Below, one piece after another: positions 57,593 to 64,000 of a stretch of DNA of 64,000 nt. The stretch is from Patescibacteria group bacterium (GTDB lineage: Bacteria; Patescibacteriota; Doudnabacteria; UBA920). Below the pieces are notes generated by a model. It saw only the letters and a program-made list of their open reading frames with translations. It did no database searches and was not told where the DNA came from. Numbering within the stretch: the stretch's first letter is position 1; each line of letters opens with the position of its first letter. The position numbers were made by a program, and so were the translations under genes. The stretch covers positions 765-64,764 of the forward strand of contig WARV01000010.1 in assembly GCA_013387205.1 (NCBI GenBank). Reading direction: 5' to 3'.

Positions 57593-57976
57593 ATGGAGGA
57601 AAAAGTGAGCAAAGACGGGCGCCTGAAAGTCCTGATAGTTGAAGACTGCGATGTTGTCCGAAACTTCATCAGTGCTTACTTAAGCGCTGAAAACTACCAT
57701 GTTGTAACCGCCGAAAATATTCCAGGAGCGCTGCAAGCAATCCAAGACAATAACGGCACCATTGACGCCGCAATTATAGACTTGGTGCTTCCCAAAGCCT
57801 TGCCGCCTGTAATAAACGGTGGCGATATCGCCAAAATTGTCAGGGAATCCTCTCCCAGAGCCAAAATCGTACTGACAACAGGGTTCCCCATTAACGACGA
57901 CGACCCAAGGATTCAAGGGGCGGCTTTATTACCAAAGCCTTTCACCCCAAAAGACCTGCGGACAGCTTTGCAGTAA
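57593..57976 (+). CDS. Single-domain response regulator (receiver)
   Basis: VLIVED, IIDLVLP, LTTG, LPKPF. Confidence 0.9.
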   Translation: MEEKVSKDGRLKVLIVEDCDVVRNFISAYLSAENYHVVTAENIPGALQAIQDNNGTIDAAIIDLVLPKALPPVINGGDIAKIVRESSPRAKIVLTTGFPINDDDPRIQGAALLPKPFTPKDLRTALQ

Positions 57977-58049
57977 GACGCTTTTATGCTCCTGCGTAAG
58001 CTTAAAAAGTCGCCAGACTCGTTCCTTCGAGTCTGGCGATACTTTTTTA

Positions 58050-58703
58050 TTATAGCTTATTATTCTTTGCAAGACTTGTTATGGCACTAAGCAACCTTAC
58101 TGGGTCATCCACAACAAAATCTGGATTAAAAGCTTCCAAGGCCTGCCTGGTATTCACTCCCCAGGTGACAGCAATGGAAACCAGCCCTGCTTTTTTTGCC
58201 GCTTCCACGTCCCTGGTTTGGTCCCCTACGTATGCCGTGGTTTTAAGGTCAAGCGAATATTTTTTCACTAATTTCTTTAAAATATTCGCCTTGCCTAACC
58301 AGCTGTTTTCCGAATGGATAAAATCAAAAATCTCCGTATGGTTATTTTTCAAGAACTCTTCAATATTTTCCTTGGAATTGGAAGTAACTATTCCCATTTT
58401 TACCCCTTGAGATTTCAGCTGCTGGAGAATTTCCGGAATGCCAGGAAAAAATTTTTGGCTGGGCAGGCGCTCGTGGAATTTAGCGCGGGTTTTTTTGGCA
58501 ATAAACGGAAGTTTCCAAATGCTTATGCCTACCTCATTGAGAATGGAAGTTATATCCAAATTTCTTAGCCTGATTGCGTCTTCCGGATTTACAGCTTTGT
58601 AATTGAATTCTTCCGCATAAAAATTAATCGCCCACACCCAAGCTTCCAAAGTATCGGCTAAGGTGCTATCAAAATCAAAAATTATCCATTTATCGCTTTC
58701 CAT
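58050..58703 (-). CDS. HAD-superfamily hydrolase
   Basis: IFDFDSTLADT, VTSN, YVGD..RD..AA. Confidence 0.9.
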   Translation of the reverse strand: MESDKWIIFDFDSTLADTLEAWVWAINFYAEEFNYKAVNPEDAIRLRNLDITSILNEVGISIWKLPFIAKKTRAKFHERLPSQKFFPGIPEILQQLKSQGVKMGIVTSNSKENIEEFLKNNHTEIFDFIHSENSWLGKANILKKLVKKYSLDLKTTAYVGDQTRDVEAAKKAGLVSIAVTWGVNTRQALEAFNPDFVVDDPVRLLSAITSLAKNNKL

Positions 58704-58858
58704 ACCCTGTAGAATTTCTTTGCAATTGTTCGCTGTTGTTACCGACAACGAAGATTATTGCAATTTTAGTAAATTATGATGTCCCTATAGACCACTCTAT
58801 TATTGTCCACGCTCACAACAGGAGGTTTGCAAAGAAGCTCTACAGGGCATATACATTA

Positions 58859-60112
58859 TTAATCATTTCTACTAAATATTTTCCCTTGGAATAAAATAAG
58901 GCGCATTGCCTTCCAAAACCCCAAAACATCGGAAAAATACAAGAATTTTGACATTAGTCTTATTAAATAAGGACCCAGCCCCGGCTCAAATAACGAATTT
59001 TCTTTTATCGCCCACTTGCCGCCAACGGTTAATGTCGCTTTGAAATTTTTCGGCTGGAAAGGAGCAGGCCTGCGGTTTAACATCATCCGGCTTATGGCAT
59101 AGGCAAGATATTCTCCTTGGTCCTGGGCCTGGCGCCAAAGGCTTGACGGAGAAACCTGGCAGTTTTGGGGGCAAGCCGCAAGGCTTCCGGCTGCAAAAAC
59201 ATGGTCAAAATATCTCGCGCCGCGGCTGTCCAACCCCCTAACCTGCAGATACTCATTGGTGATTATCTGGTCTTTGTTATTTACCATAACGCCTCTGGAA
59301 AAGGCCGGTATTTTATTCCTGGAACCGGCAGCCCAAATTATTGCGTCATGAGCAATTTTTTCACCGTCTTTCAACTCAACCATGCCGGGATCAATTTTGG
59401 TAATTTGCGCTAAAAATCTTGTTTTTACTCCTAATCCAGCAAGCCTGTCCAAAACCGCTTCAGATACTGGTTCCGACAACTCAGAAAGCAGCCTGTGGGA
59501 CGATTCAATAATTTCAATTTCAATTTTTTCCCTAGGGTATAAGTTTTTCCAGGCAATAATATTTAAAACCTTGGATAATTCTCCTGCCAAAGCTACCCCG
59601 CGGCAACCCCCGCCGATAATTGCAATTCGGATATTTTTTTTGAAAACATCAGACTTATGTGCTTGTACTTCGAATTCAATTTGGTTTCTTATCCTTAACG
59701 CGTCGCTCAAAGAAGAATAAGCTAAGGCATGTGTTTCGGCACCTGGAGTTTCTATTGAATCAATTTGCTTACCGACAGATAAAACCAGATAATCATAGCG
59801 GATAACCAGCCTTCCCGCGGTTACCAGTTTTTGCTCAGCGTCAACTTTAGCCATTTCCCCCTGCAAGAATTTAATCTTGCGTCCTTTAATAATTTCCGCT
59901 ATAAGAACACTTATGCTTTGCTTAACCTGGCTGGCAGAGGCAAGTTCTTCTTCGCTGCAGGCAACTTCAAAAAGATCCGGAGTGAATATGTGGTAGTTAT
60001 GCTTATCCAGCAAAACGATTTCTACGTTCTTTTTATTTTTATATTTCTTTTCCAGGGCCAAAGCAGCGCTGACACCTGCAAACCCCGCCCCGACAATGAC
60101 AATTTTGATCAT
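58859..60112 (-). CDS. NDH-2-like FAD-dependent oxidoreductase (divergent motifs)
   Basis: IVGAGFAG, YDYLVLSVG, IIGGG, IWAAG. Confidence 0.8.
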   Translation of the reverse strand: MIKIVIVGAGFAGVSAALALEKKYKNKKNVEIVLLDKHNYHIFTPDLFEVACSEEELASASQVKQSISVLIAEIIKGRKIKFLQGEMAKVDAEQKLVTAGRLVIRYDYLVLSVGKQIDSIETPGAETHALAYSSLSDALRIRNQIEFEVQAHKSDVFKKNIRIAIIGGGCRGVALAGELSKVLNIIAWKNLYPREKIEIEIIESSHRLLSELSEPVSEAVLDRLAGLGVKTRFLAQITKIDPGMVELKDGEKIAHDAIIWAAGSRNKIPAFSRGVMVNNKDQIITNEYLQVRGLDSRGARYFDHVFAAGSLAACPQNCQVSPSSLWRQAQDQGEYLAYAISRMMLNRRPAPFQPKNFKATLTVGGKWAIKENSLFEPGLGPYLIRLMSKFLYFSDVLGFWKAMRLILFQGKIFSRND

Positions 60113-60241
60113 TATATTTTTAAGATAAGTACGATAAGTACACCTACATTATAACATAAATCCAAACAAAGAGACTCTTCGCTTAAGCGAAGAGTCTCTT
60201 TGTAATTCCTATATTCCAGATTCTGGATTCTAAATTCTAAT

Positions 60242-61498
60242 CTATTCGTATCTAAGCGCTTCAATAGGATCAAGCTTGGCCGCACTTCTGGCCGGAAACA
60301 CCCCAAAAGCAATTCCGATAATCGCGGAAACCCCGACGCCAAGAAGTATGGCGTAAAAAGGCACGCTGAATGCCCAGGACAGCCCGGTCGCGGTTGCAAT
60401 TAGCGAAACCGTCAATCCAAGCAAAGACCCGACAGCCACGCCAATAATGCCGCCGATTATTGTCACTAAAACAGCTTCAATTAAAAATTCATTCAAAATG
60501 TCGGAAGGCTTGGCGCCCAAAGCTTTTTTTAAGCCGATTTCCGCCGTGCGTTCAGTAACCACCACATACATAATGTTCATAATCCCCACTCCGCCGACCA
60601 TGAGGGAAATAGCGGCAATGGCAATAAGCAAAAAAGTAATGCCATTGAAAATTGTATTAAAACTCTCCATGCTCTGAGCCATGGTCTGCACGGAAAAATC
60701 GTCTTTATAAGGATCGGTGATCTGGTGATTGCGGCGGACAATATCGCCGATATCAGCCGCGGTAACGTCAGCTAGTTGCGGATTTTTTACCTGGGCAATC
60801 ATATAAACCAAATAATCAATGCCGAGCATTTTCTTTTGAGCCGTATTTAGAGGTATAAATATATACTGGTCATCGCTCATCCCGCTAAAACTTCCGCGCT
60901 TGTCATAAACTCCGATTACCTCAAAATTCAAATCCCCTACCCTGATGGTTTTCCCGATTGGATCTTCCTGTCCGAACAAATCGTTGGCTATGGAATTGCC
61001 CAATATCGCCACCTGGGCCGCGGCTGAATTTTCCTGGTCAGTGTAAAACCTTCCTTCTTTTATTACTCCTTTATCTATTTCAAACCGTTCCGGCGAAGCG
61101 CCGAAGATGATGGAATTTTTTACCACATCTTTGTAACTGGCCACTTTTTGGCCAAAAACGGCGCCGTAAATATTGTTTACGTTGGGCAAGCGCCTGATTT
61201 CTTCCGCATCGCGCATTTTTAAGGTGGTAATAGCGACAGCTGACATGGCCCTGCTCATATCACTGCTTGCTGCGGAATTAGAACGGTTCTTTGTTGTAGG
61301 AGGCACGCGGGTTTCTATTATAACAGTATTTGTGCCGAACATTTCCACTTGGGAATTAATAAGGCTGCGAAAGCCCGCGCCCGCGGATAATACTAAAATC
61401 ACTGTTGCCACGCCGATAATTATTCCAAGCGTTGTCAATCCGGTCCGGACCGGATTGGCGGTTAGAGCCTTAATAGATTGTCGAAATGCTTTATACAT
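60242..61498 (-). CDS. MacB/FtsX-like ABC permease
   Basis: LT.LGIIIG, GGVGIMNIM..V.ERT.EIG, FGVFPA..AAKLDPIEALRYE. Confidence 0.93.
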   Translation of the reverse strand: MYKAFRQSIKALTANPVRTGLTTLGIIIGVATVILVLSAGAGFRSLINSQVEMFGTNTVIIETRVPPTTKNRSNSAASSDMSRAMSAVAITTLKMRDAEEIRRLPNVNNIYGAVFGQKVASYKDVVKNSIIFGASPERFEIDKGVIKEGRFYTDQENSAAAQVAILGNSIANDLFGQEDPIGKTIRVGDLNFEVIGVYDKRGSFSGMSDDQYIFIPLNTAQKKMLGIDYLVYMIAQVKNPQLADVTAADIGDIVRRNHQITDPYKDDFSVQTMAQSMESFNTIFNGITFLLIAIAAISLMVGGVGIMNIMYVVVTERTAEIGLKKALGAKPSDILNEFLIEAVLVTIIGGIIGVAVGSLLGLTVSLIATATGLSWAFSVPFYAILLGVGVSAIIGIAFGVFPARSAAKLDPIEALRYE

Positions 61499-61591
61499 AA
61501 TCCTAATTCCCCGAATTAACATCCGAATGCCCCAAATGATTCCTTCCCTATTCGGGTCATTTGGATATTATTCGGATAATTCGGATTATAT

Positions 61592-62836
61592 TTATTCATA
61601 CCTCAGCGCGTCAATTGGGTTAAGTTTGGAAGCTTTTAGCGCCGGATATATGCCAAAAATAACGCCGGTTATAATAGAAACTCCGACTGCCAAAAAAACA
61701 GACCACCAGGAGATGACAAAAGCCCAATCCAAACCTGCAAACCTTGCCCCCAAAGCAACCAAATAAGAAACTACCGCTCCAATAATAATTCCGGCCACGC
61801 CGCCGAGCAGGGTTAAAAACCCTGACTCGAACAAAAACTGGTTACGGACAGCGCGATTAGTCGCGCCCACGGCTTTGCGCAATCCGATTTCCCGCGTGCG
61901 CTCCGCTACGGTTACCATCATGATATTTAAAATCCCAATACCGCCGACCAGCAAGGCAATGGAAGCCATTGCTATCAAAAACAATCTTAAAGCGTCAGTG
62001 ACTGTGGTAAAAATCTTAATTGCATCAGCAATATTGCGCACGGTAAAATCTTCATCTTCCGCCCTTTTTATACGGTGCCTCTCGCTAAGCACCTGCGTAA
62101 CATCGCTTATAGTCTGGTCAACATTGTCGGTACTGTCTACTTTAATAATAATGGCTTGCAGATAATTTATGCCAAGCAGCTGTTTTTGCGCGATGCTTAA
62201 AGGGATATATGCTTGCTTGTCCTGGTTTTGGAACATGAATGACCCGCGCTTGGCTACAACACCAATTACTTCAAACGGCACGCTTTTAATTTTAACCACT
62301 TGCCCGATAGGGTTAATGTCGCTGCCAAACAATTCATCCCTGACCTGCGAACCTATAACAATGACATTAGCGGCACCCCTGTCTTCTTTTTCATCTATAA
62401 ACCTGCCCTGTTCCATTGTCAGGCTGACAATATTGGTATAGGTCGATTGTACGCCCTGGTATGCCACGTCAGTATCCTTATTTTGCCAGACTACAGTATC
62501 GCTCCCCTGCACGCTGCCCATTACCCCTGAAGCATGAGGCACGCGCGACTGGTCTTTTAACGCATCAGCATCTTCTTTGGTTAAAGTCGTAACGACAATC
62601 CCGAATGCCTGCGAAGGCGGGCCTTTTTCATTGCTTTTTCCAGGCTGAACATTAAGCAGATTGGTACCTAATTTTGTAACTTGCCCGAGGACCAAGCTTT
62701 GCGCGCCAGCCCCCAAGGCAATAATAATAATCACCCCGGCTACGCCTATGACAATACCAAGGATAGTCAAAAACGACCTTCCTTTACGGGCAAGCAATGT
62801 GCGGATAACAAGTTTTATGGTACCAATAAAATTCAA
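61592..62836 (-). CDS. MacB/FtsX-like ABC permease (paralogue)
   Basis: Same motifs: GGIGILNIM, ERTREIG, NPIDALRYE. Confidence 0.93.
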   Translation of the reverse strand: MNFIGTIKLVIRTLLARKGRSFLTILGIVIGVAGVIIIIALGAGAQSLVLGQVTKLGTNLLNVQPGKSNEKGPPSQAFGIVVTTLTKEDADALKDQSRVPHASGVMGSVQGSDTVVWQNKDTDVAYQGVQSTYTNIVSLTMEQGRFIDEKEDRGAANVIVIGSQVRDELFGSDINPIGQVVKIKSVPFEVIGVVAKRGSFMFQNQDKQAYIPLSIAQKQLLGINYLQAIIIKVDSTDNVDQTISDVTQVLSERHRIKRAEDEDFTVRNIADAIKIFTTVTDALRLFLIAMASIALLVGGIGILNIMMVTVAERTREIGLRKAVGATNRAVRNQFLFESGFLTLLGGVAGIIIGAVVSYLVALGARFAGLDWAFVISWWSVFLAVGVSIITGVIFGIYPALKASKLNPIDALRYE

Positions 62837-62973
62837 AAATTGACCTAATTATTCTAATTGCTCTAATTAACCTAAATAATGTCTAATCCCCAATTTCTAA
62901 ATTTTGACATTAGGTATTGGGATTTGTTTAGTCCGCCAGCTGGCGGATTAGGTTAATTAGTATAATTAGAAAT

Positions 62974-63690
62974 TTATTTAATGAGTTCCTTGTCTGCTGC
63001 GGCAATAGTCCTGTCTTTGACTTTTTCGTCGGACACGATGTTTCCGTCGCGGATACGGATTATCCTTTTGGCGTGCTTGGCTGTGTCTGTTTCGTGGGTC
63101 ACCAAAATAATAGTTCGCCCTTCGTCGTTAAGGCGCTGTAAAATACTCATGACAGTATTGCCGGATTTGGAATCCAAATTTCCGGTCGGTTCGTCGGCAA
63201 AAATCACAGCCGGATCATTCACCAGCGCCCTGGCAATAGCCACTCTCTGTTTTTCCCCGCCGGAAATCTGGTTGGTGTAATAACTAAGCCTGTGCGACAA
63301 CCCAACTGCTTCCAAAGCTTTTTTAGCCAGTATCTCATAGTCTTTTTTCTTGCTGTAAATTAACGGCAACTTGACGTTGTCAAGCACTGTGGTGCGCGCC
63401 AATAGGTTAAACGACTGGAACACAAAACCAATGCGCTCGTTACGGAGTTCCGCCAGGTATTCATCATCAAAACTGCCTGTATCCCTGCCTTCAAACTCAT
63501 ACGTGCCGGAAGTTAAGCGGTCCAGAAAACTTAAAACGTGCATTAAGGTTGACTTGCCGCTTCCTGAAGGCCCCATAATGGCGACAAACTCCCCAGACTC
63601 AATTGAAAAAGAAACACCATGCAGGACAGAAGTCACCACATCTTCATTGACATAATCCTTAGTTAAATTTTGTACTTTTATTAGCGCCAT
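62974..63690 (-). CDS. ABC transporter ATPase (MacB/LolD-like)
   Basis: GPSGSGKST, ISGGEKQRVAIARAL, ADEPTGNLD. Confidence 0.96.
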   Translation of the reverse strand: MALIKVQNLTKDYVNEDVVTSVLHGVSFSIESGEFVAIMGPSGSGKSTLMHVLSFLDRLTSGTYEFEGRDTGSFDDEYLAELRNERIGFVFQSFNLLARTTVLDNVKLPLIYSKKKDYEILAKKALEAVGLSHRLSYYTNQISGGEKQRVAIARALVNDPAVIFADEPTGNLDSKSGNTVMSILQRLNDEGRTIILVTHETDTAKHAKRIIRIRDGNIVSDEKVKDRTIAAADKELIK

Positions 63691-63806
63691 ATATTTACTA
63701 ATCCTTCTACTAAATGTACTAAAATATCACCAAACATACTTAATTGATATCAGTACTGGTATGAGATTTAGTATATTTCGTATATTTTAGTATTTAGTAG
63801 AGAATA

Positions 63807-64000
63807 TTATTTTTTAATCAACGTCACAATCTCCTGCCCTTCGCTCAGTCCCGATGTGATTTGCACCAATCCCCCGTCTGCTTCCAAGCCGGTAGTTACC
63901 GCAACCTCTTCGTAAGTTTTCTTTTTGCTGTCTTTAATTACTTTGATGAATTTTTGCCCGTCTTTCGGCAATACAGCGCGTAGCGGCACGGCCAAAACAT
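63807..64000 (-). CDS. C-terminus of a MacA-like adaptor subunit (partial)
   Basis: LAVP..AV, V.TGL, I.SGLSEGQ.IV; upstream of the ABC ATPase. Confidence 0.8.
   Translation of the reverse strand, partial: VLAVPLRAVLPKDGQKFIKVIKDSKKKTYEEVAVTTGLEADGGLVQITSGLSEGQEIVTLIKK

Overview
A 64-kb chromosomal segment, inferred to come from a Patescibacteria/CPR bacterium (Parcubacteria-like gene content, SD-poor core genes, standard code 11). Housekeeping content: tkt, metK, hup, nusB, rpmF, groESL with CIRCE, mutM, rel, ndk, comEC, nrdR-nrdJ with a B12 salvage module, ftsA/ftsZ, rpsU, lepB, der, pth, dprA, topA, a MacAB-like ABC system, tRNA-Gly and tRNA-Val. Four unusual layers overlie this. (1) A fully insulated, effector-less retron-like unit: terminator, sigma70 promoter, ~120-nt RNA closed by a1/a2-like inverted repeats, SD, an RT with non-canonical YADN, terminator. 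It sits beside the ribonucleotide reductase operon. (2) Nuclease-like genes bracketed by their own palindromes: two PaaX/Cas2-like genes each between ~36-bp palindromes with identical upstream spacing, and a GIY-YIG gene between perfect 33-bp inverted repeats. (3) Three stand-alone, promoter- and terminator-bounded, highly structured non-coding units (~430, ~520 and ~200 nt) that match no RNA family I recognise. (4) Many small palindromic or periodic inverted-repeat elements in intergenic gaps. They nest in one another and insert in-frame into proteins and into a SAM riboswitch. All calls come from manual reading; no searches or folding programs were run.
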